This document shows positions 1-9,326 of a stretch of 64,000 nt of DNA, piece after piece (position 1 is the stretch's first letter; each line of letters begins with the position of its first letter). Source of the DNA: Myxococcota bacterium (GTDB lineage: Bacteria; Myxococcota_A; UBA796; CAJQPC01); the NCBI GenBank assembly GCA_036012755.1, contig DASCPX010000027.1, positions 32,001-96,000 on the forward strand, in the 5' to 3' direction. Position numbers and translations under genes: made by a program. The notes under the pieces are model-generated. The model worked only from the letters and a program-made list of their open reading frames with translations, ran no database searches and was not told where the DNA came from.

Positions 1-195
1 CTTCGAGGCCTCTTCCGCGGCGTCCAGGGCAGGCCCCAACGCATCCTCACCTTCCTCGCGGTGCTGGAGATGGCTCGCCTCGGTCTGCTGGACGTACGCC
101 AGGTCGATCACCTCGGCGTCATCGAGGTCCTTGCCTCCAGCAGCCGCGCGGAGGCCGATCTGTCGGGGCTTCCGGAGCACTGGGAGAACGCATGA
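1..195 (+). CDS. scpA: Segregation and condensation protein A, C-terminal part (truncated by window edge)
   Basis: Frame 1 reads ...RILTFLAVLEMARLGLLDVRQVDHLGVIEV...*, matching the ScpA C-terminal TFLAxLE motif; ATGA overlap with scpB. Confidence 0.85.
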   Translation, partial: LRGLFRGVQGRPQRILTFLAVLEMARLGLLDVRQVDHLGVIEVLASSSRAEADLSGLPEHWENA

Positions 196-863
196 GCGAA
201 GTGATCACCTTTCCGGGTGCATCCAAGGCCGAAGCACCCGGCACACCGGCGGCGAAGGACTCTGCAGAGGTCGTCGAGACGCCGCGGGCGCCCAGGGCGG
301 AGTTCCTCGGCGCCGCGGTCGAGGCCGTGCTCTTTGCGGTGGAGTCTCCCCTCCCCTTCGAGGCCTTGCGCCAGCTCCTCGGTGGCGTCCAGCCCGAGGT
401 GCTCCGCGCGGCCCTGAGCACCCTACGGGACGGCTACCTCCGTCGAGGGGCCGGCATTCGCCTCCACGAGGTCGCTGGCGGCTACCAGCTGCGCACCGCC
501 GCCCAGGCACGTCCCTGGGTCGCAGCGGCCCAAGGCGCTCGGCCCTTCCGCCTGTCAAAGGCCGCCGTCGAGACCCTCTCCATCGTCGCCTACCGCCAGC
601 CGGTCACCCGGGCCGAGGTCGAGGACGTCCGAGGAGTCGACGCCGGGGGCATCCTGCGCTCGCTGCTGGAGAAGCAGCTCCTCGTGGTCACGGGGAGGAA
701 GGACGTACTCGGCCGACCGCTCATCTACGGGACGACGCCGGAGTTCCTCGAGCTCTTCGGCTTGCGCGACCTGAGCGACCTGCCCACGCTCCGCGACCTC
801 CGCGAGCTGGGGCGGGACGACCCCCGAGGAGGCCCGATTCAGTTGGACTTTCCGGACTTCTGA
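192..863 (+). CDS. scpB: SMC-Scp complex subunit ScpB
   Basis: VEAVLF, EVAGGYQLRT, LSKAAVETLSIVAYRQPVTRAEVEDVRGV, GRPLIYGTTPEFLELFGL. Confidence 0.95.
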   Translation: MSEVITFPGASKAEAPGTPAAKDSAEVVETPRAPRAEFLGAAVEAVLFAVESPLPFEALRQLLGGVQPEVLRAALSTLRDGYLRRGAGIRLHEVAGGYQLRTAAQARPWVAAAQGARPFRLSKAAVETLSIVAYRQPVTRAEVEDVRGVDAGGILRSLLEKQLLVVTGRKDVLGRPLIYGTTPEFLELFGLRDLSDLPTLRDLRELGRDDPRGGPIQLDFPDF

Positions 864-866
864 GCC

Positions 867-1709
867 CTACCTCGCGATCAGGAGCGCGATGTCGGCCACG
901 CGCATGACGCGCTCCGTCACGCGTCCGAGCAGCAGGTCCTTCAGCACGGAGCGGCCCCGGAAGCCCAGGACGAGCAGATCGTGGCCCGTCTCCTCGACGT
1001 CGGCGGCGAGCGCTTCGTGTGGCTCCCCTACGAGCCGCCCGGTCTCCACGGTGATGTCGTGGGACTCGAGGCTCCTGACCGCCTCTGGCAAGGGGTCGAA
1101 GTCGGGGCGATGGCGGGCGTCCTCCACGTAGACGACCCGGCATGTCGCGTCCACACGCTCCAGGAGGTGTCGAACCACGCGCAGTGCGCAGCTGGCCCCG
1201 TCCGAGCCGTCGTAGCCCACGGTGATCCCGCGGAACTCCAGCGGCTCTCGTCCGACGCACAGGACACTCACGGGCGAAGCGCGCACGAAGCGCTCGGCGA
1301 GCATGCCACCGCTGCCGGGGTTCGTGAGCTCCCGCTCTCCGAAGGCCCCCATGACGACCAGGTCGGCGGTCGAAGCGCGGTGGACCAGGCGAGCCAGCAC
1401 GGCGCCGGTGTCCAAGAGGCTTCGGCAGCGTACGCCCTCGTCTCGGCAGCGCTCCTCGAAGCGATCCAGCAGCTTGCGCCCCTGCCGCCTGTAGACGAGC
1501 TCGACGTGCTCGGGGACCAGCACGGGCTCGAAGCCCAGCAGGCCGGCGAGGTCGCGGAGCAGATGACCGGAGAGGTGCGTGACGCCCACGACGTGGAGCC
1601 CCACCAGGAGCGTGTCAGCCACCGCCGCTCGAGCGAGGCGCAGGGCGGTCGTCAACGCGGCGTCGGCCCACGGTGACTCGTCAAGCGGAACCAGGATGGT
1701 CGTGCCCAC
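867..1709 (-). CDS. Universal stress protein (tandem USP domains)
   Basis: ILVPLDES, ADLVVMGAFG, ITVGYDGS, DLLVLGFRGRS..LLLGRVTERV; start placed at GTG 1709 (the longer ORF overlaps the divergent gene). Confidence 0.9.
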   Translation of the reverse strand: MGTTILVPLDESPWADAALTTALRLARAAVADTLLVGLHVVGVTHLSGHLLRDLAGLLGFEPVLVPEHVELVYRRQGRKLLDRFEERCRDEGVRCRSLLDTGAVLARLVHRASTADLVVMGAFGERELTNPGSGGMLAERFVRASPVSVLCVGREPLEFRGITVGYDGSDGASCALRVVRHLLERVDATCRVVYVEDARHRPDFDPLPEAVRSLESHDITVETGRLVGEPHEALAADVEETGHDLLVLGFRGRSVLKDLLLGRVTERVMRVADIALLIAR

Positions 1710-1766
1710 GACCAGCAGCGTACCTTGCGTCGCCGAGCGGCCTATACTGCTTGTCCTGGAGGCCCC

Positions 1767-2312
1767 GTGAAGCGCTGGGTTCGCCCTGAAGGGCTCGTCA
1801 TCATCGCCGCGAGCGCGCTCGCCCTGAGTATCGGGTGCGCGCCCAAGCCCTTTCCCGAGGACACGCTGCCGTCCTGGGAGGAGCGCCCGGTCACCGGCAC
1901 CTTCAACGCAGACTTCGACACCGTCTGGGACGCCACGCTGGCCGTCATGGGAGATCACGCCGACCTCGACAAGATCGAGCGCAACACCGGCCGCATCCTC
2001 ACCGGCTGGGTCTTCGACAGCTCCGACTACATCTACAAGACCTACGGCGGGACCAGGGTCCCGGAGCCGATCCGCTGGCGCATGAACGTCGGCGTGGTCC
2101 GGGTGAGCGGGCGGACAGAGGTCGAGATGGTCAACCAGGAACAGGTGGAGAAGGACCTCATCAGCGCCAACCTGGAGTTCACCGGCTCGATCTACAAGTG
2201 GATCGACGTGCCGTCCTCGACGTCGAAGGAGCGCATGCTGCTCGAGGAGATCCTCGCAGTGCTGGAGAACAAGCGGGCGCAGCCGGAGTACGACTACGAC
2301 TACGCCCAGTGA
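1767..2312 (+). CDS. Lipoprotein, BamC/NlpB-like outer-membrane lipoprotein fold
   Basis: GGAGG before GTG 1767; LALSIG-C lipobox; FDTVWDATL...GRILTGW pattern. Confidence 0.6.
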   Translation: MKRWVRPEGLVIIAASALALSIGCAPKPFPEDTLPSWEERPVTGTFNADFDTVWDATLAVMGDHADLDKIERNTGRILTGWVFDSSDYIYKTYGGTRVPEPIRWRMNVGVVRVSGRTEVEMVNQEQVEKDLISANLEFTGSIYKWIDVPSSTSKERMLLEEILAVLENKRAQPEYDYDYAQ

Positions 2313-2334
2313 GGGCAAGCGGGCACTGACCCGG

Positions 2335-3075
2335 TTGCTCGTCATCCAGGTCATCGTGGCCGCCGCGGTGTCTGTGCCGCTGGTCGCGCTCTATGAGACC
2401 GGTCCGCCATCAGAGGAGGCGGCGCTCCGACTGGCGGGGAGCGACCTGGACCACGCGGCGGAGGTCCTCGCCGCGGAGATGGCCCTGACCGACCAGAGCC
2501 TCAGCGCAGCCCTCTGGCCCGAGTACCGGGTGCAGGTCGCGGCGCTCGCCGGACTCCAAGCGCAGGGCGCCGAGCTGATCCTGAACGACCTGATGTGGCG
2601 GACGCTGCCGGTCCAGGGCGTCCTGGCCCCCGTAGAGCTGGACCTCACCGTCACGGGCCAGTACTACGACCTCCCCATCTTCGTCGACGGCATCTACCGC
2701 TCGGCCTGGCCGGTCGAGATCAAGCGCGTCGAGGTCGAGACCCCAAAGCTCAACGCCGCAGCGATCCGGGCCACCGTGCAGGCTCGCTTCCACCGGCCCC
2801 CCACGATCGGCACCCAGTGGCTCGAAGAAGAAGGCGCCGCCTTGTTCCCCGACGATCCCGACGCCGCCGGCCGGGCGCTGTCCGAGGCCGCTCGCCTGCG
2901 GGTGCTGGAGAGCTTCGCCGCCAAGGTCCCCCAGCTGGAAGCGGCGAGCGACCGAAACCGCGACCTCGTCATGATGTACCTGCCCCGCACGCTCCACACC
3001 CTCCCCGAGACGCCGCTGGGCTGGGTCGCGCTCACCGTGGAGGACGATGAGGTCGTGATCCTGCTCGAGCCCTAG
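2335..3075 (+). CDS. Membrane-anchored PilO/GspM-like protein
   Basis: Hydrophobic N-terminus, helical stretch, then PVELDLTVTGQYYDLPIFVDGI...VEIKRVEV resembling the PilO ferredoxin-like domain; start uncertain. Confidence 0.5.
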   Translation: MLVIQVIVAAAVSVPLVALYETGPPSEEAALRLAGSDLDHAAEVLAAEMALTDQSLSAALWPEYRVQVAALAGLQAQGAELILNDLMWRTLPVQGVLAPVELDLTVTGQYYDLPIFVDGIYRSAWPVEIKRVEVETPKLNAAAIRATVQARFHRPPTIGTQWLEEEGAALFPDDPDAAGRALSEAARLRVLESFAAKVPQLEAASDRNRDLVMMYLPRTLHTLPETPLGWVALTVEDDEVVILLEP

Positions 3076-4244
3076 CGGCTCTTGCGCGGCGCCGCTGCCC
3101 CGTAGTGGCGCCAGAGCATCGAGCGCAGCGCCCGGTCCTTGCGCAGGCTGTGCAGCGCGGGGTCCATCGCGAGGTCCCTGCGCAGCTCCACGCGCTCGCC
3201 GTCCGTCATCGCGCTGCGTCCGCTGACCGCGAGCTCCAGCTGGCGGATGGCGTCGGATTCCCGTCCCTCGATGGAGGCGATCAGGCCGGAGTAGACGTTG
3301 AGGTAGGGAGCGTCCTGGCCGGGTGCGCGGTGCATGCGGAGGAGCCACTCCGCCGACGCCTCGTAGTCGCCGAGTCGGGCCAGCGCGACCGCGCCGTTGC
3401 CGATGGAGTCCCTGTGATCGGGCTGTCGCTCGAGGATGCGTTCGTAGGACTCCAGCTCCATCCGGTGCAGCCCGAGACGCTTCTGGCACTGAGCGACGCC
3501 GTAGAGCCAGCGGACATCGTCGGGCTCGGCGTCGGCCAGGGCCTGGTAGTGGACCAGCGCCTCGCGCCAGTTGTCGTTGTCGTAGGCACCCCGAGCGATG
3601 AGCGCGTAGTCCTCTGTCCGGCCCTCTTCGATGCGCAGGCGCGCCAGCTCGGCGCGCAGTGTGCTGGGGACCTCGAGGCGGTACCAGCGGTAGTACTGGT
3701 ACCCCGTCTGACGGTCGTCGTTGGTGGCCTCCCGACCCTCGCCTCGGATGACCACCTTTGGCAGGTGGGCGAGCTCTCCGTTGGGTTGCACGCCGGCTCG
3801 GAAGGCGTCGTCGCCTCGGTGGTCGAAGGGAACGACGGCCTCGGCCGCGTCCACCCAGGCGGCGACCCTGCCCTCTGGTGGGTCCTCGGCGATCGTAGAG
3901 AGCGTGTCGACCCACATGCCGCCCGTCGTCACCGCCAGCGCGACCAGCAGGAAGCGCGCGTCGATGGCGAGCGGTCCCATGCGAGCGACCTCCAGCGGCG
4001 CGAGGTGCTCGAGATCGACGTGGACCGGCCCGAGGGAGAAGCCGGTCTTCTGCCCCTCCGCGAGCCGACGCCCGCGGATGTCCAGGCTCTCTCCCACTCG
4101 ACAGACCGCGACGGAGGCGCCGGGGAAGTGGACGCGGGCGTCGGCGCTCTCGCCGATACGCACGACATCCTTCACCGGGAGGACGCGGTCTTCCACGATG
4201 TAGTCGTTGAAACGAACCGTGACGTGCAGGTCAGCCATGTCCAC
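3072..4244 (-). CDS. Membrane-anchored tetratricopeptide repeat protein
   Basis: N-terminal beta-rich domain, one TM segment (FLLVALAVTTGGMWV), TPRs, C-terminal DPALHSLRKD TPR-end motif. Confidence 0.75.
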   Translation of the reverse strand: MDMADLHVTVRFNDYIVEDRVLPVKDVVRIGESADARVHFPGASVAVCRVGESLDIRGRRLAEGQKTGFSLGPVHVDLEHLAPLEVARMGPLAIDARFLLVALAVTTGGMWVDTLSTIAEDPPEGRVAAWVDAAEAVVPFDHRGDDAFRAGVQPNGELAHLPKVVIRGEGREATNDDRQTGYQYYRWYRLEVPSTLRAELARLRIEEGRTEDYALIARGAYDNDNWREALVHYQALADAEPDDVRWLYGVAQCQKRLGLHRMELESYERILERQPDHRDSIGNGAVALARLGDYEASAEWLLRMHRAPGQDAPYLNVYSGLIASIEGRESDAIRQLELAVSGRSAMTDGERVELRRDLAMDPALHSLRKDRALRSMLWRHYGAAAPRKSR

Positions 4245-5691
4245 CGACGATGCTCATGCCGTGCTCGGGTCCGTAGTAGCGGGTGAGGATGTCGGCGAAG
4301 CGCGCCTCCTGGCGAAGCTCGTCGAAGCTGGGGTCGACGCGGATGTCCTGGCGAAACTCGATCAGGTGCAGTGTATCAAGGGCTGCCATGCCGCTGAGGG
4401 CCTTTTCCAGGTAGTCGTAAGCGGTCTCGGAGTGGCCCATCGCGGCGTGGATCTTGGCGCGATGGAGGTCGGCATATGGCTCCCCGGGCTCCAGCTGGGC
4501 CACCCGGTCCATGATCTCCAGTGCCTCGTCGAAGCGGTCCTGGTGGGCGAGGTTCACCGCCAGGTTGTTCAGCGCGTGGGCGTCCTCTGGGGAGATGGCC
4601 AGCGCGAGGCGGTAGTAGCCCTCCTCCTTGGTGTATTCGCCGGTCCGCTTGAACACGAGGGCGAGGTTGTTGTAGCCAGCGGCGCTGTCCGGGTAGAGCT
4701 CGACGTAGCGCTCGTGTGTGCGCCTGGCGTCGCCGAACTGCTCGCCCAGGTACTGGTAGTAGGCCAGGTTCTGTAGCGCCCACGGGTCGCTCGGGTCGAT
4801 CCTCAGGGCCGCCCGCGACCTCGCGATCTCGGTCTTGATCTCGAGCACGTCCGTGCGGGCGTCCATGGCGCCGTCGTGGTCCCGGAAGCCCCAGCCCTCC
4901 CGATCCGCGGAGACCTGCTGGTCCTCTGGGACGGCCTCTTGCTGGCCGAGGAGCTCCTCGCCGAACTGCTGTGGCGCGGTGACGCCCTCGATGGCCGCCT
5001 CCTCGGAGGCGCGATCGGCCTCCGCGAGGGCTTGTGGGCTGGGCGGGAGCGGCTGGTGCTGCTTGTCCGCCTCCCGACTCTCGTCGAGGTTGCGCTCGGC
5101 GACGACCTCTGCGCCCCCCAGGTTGTCCGTGCTCCCGTCGTCACCCGCTGGCAGGTAGAAGGACTCGACGGTGAGCTGGGTCACCGGGCGGGCCTGCTCC
5201 TCGTAGAGGTAGCCGTCGTCCGCGCCGTCGTAGTCCTCGTCGAGCAGTCGGGCGATGAGCTCCGCGCTGGGCTCGACGGAGGGTGGAGCGCCCCCAGCCG
5301 GCATGAGGAACATCAGGATCTGCTGGAAGAAGATGGCGACCAGCGTCATCGCCGCCATGGCGCCGACGATGAACCAGTCCCCTCCGGCCAGGATCTGCCT
5401 CGGCAGGCGGTGCTGAGGGACGAGGCGGAGCTCGACCTCGATGTCGTCCTGGACGACTCGCGCGACCTGGCCCGGCAGGAGCATCGCTCCAGAAGCAATG
5501 CGCAGCCGGTGCTTGTCGAGCCACTCGAGGTGGCCCAGATCCTCGCCCGAGCTGGACAGCGGGATCGCGAGGACGCCGTCCTCGCCGGAGAGCTTGATCG
5601 CTCCGTTGGTCCAGCGCAGCACGCGGTCCTCGACCACCGCGCCATGGAAGCGCACGAGGAGGTGCAGCGCGAAGCGTCGAGGTTGTCTCAC
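4231..5691 (-). CDS. Membrane-anchored tetratricopeptide repeat protein (paralog of the downstream gene)
   Basis: VRFHGAVVEDRVL N-terminus, TM segment, acidic linker, TPRs (ALQNLA, GYNNLA, ALNNLA), DPSFDELRQEARF end motif. Confidence 0.8.
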   Translation of the reverse strand: MRQPRRFALHLLVRFHGAVVEDRVLRWTNGAIKLSGEDGVLAIPLSSSGEDLGHLEWLDKHRLRIASGAMLLPGQVARVVQDDIEVELRLVPQHRLPRQILAGGDWFIVGAMAAMTLVAIFFQQILMFLMPAGGAPPSVEPSAELIARLLDEDYDGADDGYLYEEQARPVTQLTVESFYLPAGDDGSTDNLGGAEVVAERNLDESREADKQHQPLPPSPQALAEADRASEEAAIEGVTAPQQFGEELLGQQEAVPEDQQVSADREGWGFRDHDGAMDARTDVLEIKTEIARSRAALRIDPSDPWALQNLAYYQYLGEQFGDARRTHERYVELYPDSAAGYNNLALVFKRTGEYTKEEGYYRLALAISPEDAHALNNLAVNLAHQDRFDEALEIMDRVAQLEPGEPYADLHRAKIHAAMGHSETAYDYLEKALSGMAALDTLHLIEFRQDIRVDPSFDELRQEARFADILTRYYGPEHGMSIVGGHG

Positions 5692-5736
5692 TAAAGGCTC
5701 AGAGTATGGGTCGGCCCAAAGGTTCCGGCCCTGAGC

Positions 5737-7227
5737 CTATTGTAGGCGCCGCCGAAGGGGGACGACCACGAGCAATGCAGCGAAGAGGCCGATCCACGTC
5801 GTGCCAGGGCTGCTCGCGCAGCCACAGTTCGGCTCCGGGTCCAGCAGGGGCACCCGATCCTGGATGCGACCGTCGCCGGTGCAGGCCAGCTCCCAGCTCG
5901 CGCCGTCGACGAGCATGTCGTCCGGGTCCGCTCGGACCCACGGTGTCGGGTCTCGCACCTCGAGGACAAGGGTCTCATCGCCGCCGCAACCCTCCAGGGT
6001 GAGCGTTGCGTCCTCCCCCACCACCTCGCCGCTGAGGGTCCACGTGTAGCTGGCTCCATCGTCTGGGCCGAGCACGGACGTGGAGAAGGTGACCGACTCG
6101 CCGACGAGCTCGACGGCGCCCTCGGGAGGCTCGACCTGGACCAGCATGCCCGGCAGCCGCCCGTAGATGGCGAGGACGGCAGCCTCCCGACAGACGGGGC
6201 AGTAGTCGTCCTGCAGGGTGTTCATCATGCAGGCACGTGATGTCGGCCGGTAGTAGTCGACGTACGAGCAAGGCGAAAAGGCGTCCACCGCGCTCCTGTC
6301 GAGCCAGTGGTCCCACGGCAGGTCGTCCACATCCAGGCCACAGTTCGGTCCGTCCGGTCCACGCCAGCTCACGCCGTAGCCGTACTCGTCCCAGAGCCCG
6401 ACGAGGCTGTGTCCGATCTCGTGGGCTGCGACGAGGGAGCCCGTCGGATCCGCCGTGTAGCTGGTGGCGTACTCGAATCCTCCAGCTCCGCCGTAGGTCG
6501 GGTCGTTGACCAGCACCATGACGCCGTCTGCGCCAGGGACGTTCTCCAGGACGGCGTCCAGCACGAGCTCGTCGTCGCAGCAGAGCAGGCGGTCGATCCC
6601 GCTGCAGCCGTAGAAGCAGCCATAGGCGGTGTCGCGGTAGGCGTCCTGCCCGTCGTCGTAGTGGGAGACCCCGCTGTCGTTGCTGGCCTCGGCGATGCGC
6701 CAGATGTTGAACAGCCCGGTGTAGGCGCCGTAGGGCTCGATGGAGAGCAGGTAGCCGCTGATGCGGTCGACGTCCGCCGCGAAGGTGTCGAGCTCGTCTT
6801 CGGTGTAGCCGTCGCCGAGGTAGACGAGGTCGAGGCGCTCGTCATCCGGCCCGGACTCCTGGACGGCGATCGCGCTGGATGGCGGAGCGACCCGCGGGAC
6901 GCGCTCGGAGCCGCCCAGGGTCACGGTGCGGGCCTCATCGGGCCATGGCGCCCAGACCAACGCAAACGCGCGCTCGAGGACCACAGCGTCGCCGACACCG
7001 ATGACCGCCCGGTGCCGGGGATCCGAGAAGGCGACCTCGGCGAGTATGCCGGACTCAGCGTCCCGGATCTCCAGAGTCGCGAGCTGCTGACCCTGTGGAA
7101 CGACACGCGGGCTGTCCTCGACGATCACCGCGTCGCGCAGCAGGAGCCCCTCGTCGCCGACCTCGACCAGGGCCCGGAGCGAGGTGGCTTGTGCGAGTGA
7201 CAGGAGGAGGAGCTGCACGCTGCGCAA
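5737..7227 (-). CDS. Secreted M64 family (IgA peptidase-like) metallopeptidase with MYXO-CTERM-like sorting tail
   Basis: LVYLGDGYT, YGGAG, AAHEIGHS..GLWDEY, YRPT..CMM...YCPVCRE; C-terminal CGCASS-hydrophobic-RRR. Confidence 0.85.
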   Translation of the reverse strand: MRSVQLLLLSLAQATSLRALVEVGDEGLLLRDAVIVEDSPRVVPQGQQLATLEIRDAESGILAEVAFSDPRHRAVIGVGDAVVLERAFALVWAPWPDEARTVTLGGSERVPRVAPPSSAIAVQESGPDDERLDLVYLGDGYTEDELDTFAADVDRISGYLLSIEPYGAYTGLFNIWRIAEASNDSGVSHYDDGQDAYRDTAYGCFYGCSGIDRLLCCDDELVLDAVLENVPGADGVMVLVNDPTYGGAGGFEYATSYTADPTGSLVAAHEIGHSLVGLWDEYGYGVSWRGPDGPNCGLDVDDLPWDHWLDRSAVDAFSPCSYVDYYRPTSRACMMNTLQDDYCPVCREAAVLAIYGRLPGMLVQVEPPEGAVELVGESVTFSTSVLGPDDGASYTWTLSGEVVGEDATLTLEGCGGDETLVLEVRDPTPWVRADPDDMLVDGASWELACTGDGRIQDRVPLLDPEPNCGCASSPGTTWIGLFAALLVVVPLRRRLQ

Positions 7228-7241
7228 GGTACTTTGCCGAG

Positions 7242-7958
7242 GTGAAGACCGCAGCCCTGATCATCATCGGCAACGAGATCCTGACAGCCAAGTTCGCCGA
7301 CGAGAACAGCCCATACCTCCTTCGACGCCTGCGAGAGCTCGGGGTCTCGGTCCGCCGTGTCGCGGTCGTGCCAGATGTGGTCGAGGCCATCGCCGACGAG
7401 GTCCGGCGATGCTCGGCCACCTTCGAACTCGTGTTCACGACCGGCGGCGTCGGACCGACACACGACGACATCACGATGGAGTCGATCGCCGTGGCCTTCG
7501 AGACCGGGTGCGAGGTGCGCGAGGAGCTGGTGGAGACCATGCGGAAGAAGCTCCGGGCTCCGTTGAGCGACGCAGTGCTCCGCATGGCGCGGGTGCCGAA
7601 GGGCGCCGAGCTCTGGTGGGATGGCGAGCTGGCCTTCCCCCTCGTCGTGAAAGGCAACGTGCACATCCTGCCGGGAGTCCCTTCGATCCTGAGGCTGAAG
7701 TTCGAGGCCGTCGCCGATCGCTTCCGCTCGGAGACCACCCTGGCCACCGCTCGCGTCGTGACGCGGGAGCGGGAGAGCGCCATCGCCCCCCGCCTCGAGA
7801 CAGCGCTGGAGAGGTGGCCGTCGATCGAGATCGGCTCGTACCCGCGCCATGACGAGGGCCCCAGGCACGTCATCATCATCGTCGAGTCGCTCGACGGCGA
7901 GGAGGTCGAAGCTGCTGCCAGGTGGCTCGGCTCGGTGCTGGACCCGCTGGAGCCCTGA
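7242..7958 (+). CDS. CinA/MoeA-like molybdopterin-binding domain protein
   Basis: ALIIIGNEIL, DENSPYL, VFTTGGVGPTHDDIT, ILPGVP, IGSYP. Confidence 0.85.
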   Translation: MKTAALIIIGNEILTAKFADENSPYLLRRLRELGVSVRRVAVVPDVVEAIADEVRRCSATFELVFTTGGVGPTHDDITMESIAVAFETGCEVREELVETMRKKLRAPLSDAVLRMARVPKGAELWWDGELAFPLVVKGNVHILPGVPSILRLKFEAVADRFRSETTLATARVVTRERESAIAPRLETALERWPSIEIGSYPRHDEGPRHVIIIVESLDGEEVEAAARWLGSVLDPLEP

Positions 7959-7980
7959 ACCCTTGGCATAGGCTTGGCGT

Positions 7981-9303
7981 GTGTATGGACCGCCGCCAGA
8001 TGCGTCGGAGCAGCTCCTCGACCTGTCATCGCTGAGCTGGTCGTGGCTGGTCTGCGTGGCGATCGGTCTCGGGATCACGGCCATCGCGCTCTACAAGCGC
8101 CTGCCCCACTGGCTGCGGGCTCTGACCTTCGTCGTGGGCCAGGTCGTCGCGCTGACCAGCCCCTTCGCCGCGCTGCTTCGAACCCACGTGCTCGGCTCGT
8201 GGCCGACCGTCGACAAGACTGGCTCCCTGCTCTTCTACACCGACGGCGTCCATCATCGGATGCTCTCCGCGCCGGTGGAGTCACTCTCGGATCCGGCCGC
8301 GCGGCTGATCGGTGTCCACGTGGGCCACCTGTGGCTGGTCGAGTTCTTCGACCTCTTCGTCGAGCCCTTCGCCGCCTACAACCTCCAGGCGATGCTCTGG
8401 ATCATCATCGGCTGGTACGGCGCCGCGCTCTTCGTGAAGGAGGTCGGCACCGGCTGGCGCGACGCGCTCATCCTCGGCTTTCCCTTCGGAATGGGCCTCC
8501 ATGTCTTCCGGGACCTCAACTGGTACACGGTCGAGAAGATGGCGGTGGGGCTGCTGGCGATCTTCGCCTGGACGATGATCAAGTGTCACAAGGAGGGAGG
8601 ACGGTGGTGCTGGGCCGCTGCCCTGACCTTCCTCGGCATGGCCTGGGTCAACTGGTACCTGGGACTGGTCGGGGCCGTGGGCGGGGCCATGCTGCTGGTC
8701 ATGACGCGAAACAAGGGCGTGCTCCGGGCCTGCGTGCTCTGCACGGTCCTGAGTCTGCCGCTGGTCTGCTGGCAGCTCGCCCTTCTCAGCGGTGATGAGA
8801 CCCTCGGCGATCCGGAGGTCTACCTCTACGAGCGGGCGATGCTGGACTCCTTCACCCTCTACCCGCCGACCTGGAACCGGCTGGAGGCCTGGCGCGCCAT
8901 CAACGTACCCATCGTGGGGCTGGCGCTCTTCACCTTCTTCCGTCGAGGGCATCGCTACGTCGCGGCGCTCGGGCTGATGGGCGCCGTCTTCTTTGTCATC
9001 GCTCTTGGCCCGAAGCTCACAGAGGACCTTTGGAATCCCCTCTACATGGCCCTGCACGCGGTCGTGCCCGGCTTCTGGCGGGTGGCAAAGCCCGAGGTCT
9101 TCTTCGAGGGCACCTACCTCTGCCTGCTCGGCCTGGCCGCGCGCGCCGTGGATCGTCCCCTGCCCGGCTGGCTCTACCCGCTCCTCGTGATCGGCTGGCT
9201 CGCGGTCGTCAGGACCCACCCAGCCTTTCCTCCTGTCGCCGAGTACCAGCACTACGAGCTCTCCGAGGACTGGATGAAACGCCTGCCGGGTGATCGTCGG
9301 TAA
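7981..9303 (+). CDS. Polytopic integral membrane protein, function unknown (possibly GT-C-like)
   Basis: About 11-12 hydrophobic segments; codon bias typical of the window. Confidence 0.65.
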   Translation: MYGPPPDASEQLLDLSSLSWSWLVCVAIGLGITAIALYKRLPHWLRALTFVVGQVVALTSPFAALLRTHVLGSWPTVDKTGSLLFYTDGVHHRMLSAPVESLSDPAARLIGVHVGHLWLVEFFDLFVEPFAAYNLQAMLWIIIGWYGAALFVKEVGTGWRDALILGFPFGMGLHVFRDLNWYTVEKMAVGLLAIFAWTMIKCHKEGGRWCWAAALTFLGMAWVNWYLGLVGAVGGAMLLVMTRNKGVLRACVLCTVLSLPLVCWQLALLSGDETLGDPEVYLYERAMLDSFTLYPPTWNRLEAWRAINVPIVGLALFTFFRRGHRYVAALGLMGAVFFVIALGPKLTEDLWNPLYMALHAVVPGFWRVAKPEVFFEGTYLCLLGLAARAVDRPLPGWLYPLLVIGWLAVVRTHPAFPPVAEYQHYELSEDWMKRLPGDRR

Positions 9304-9326
9304 GCTCGGTCGGACCTCGCCGAGAC

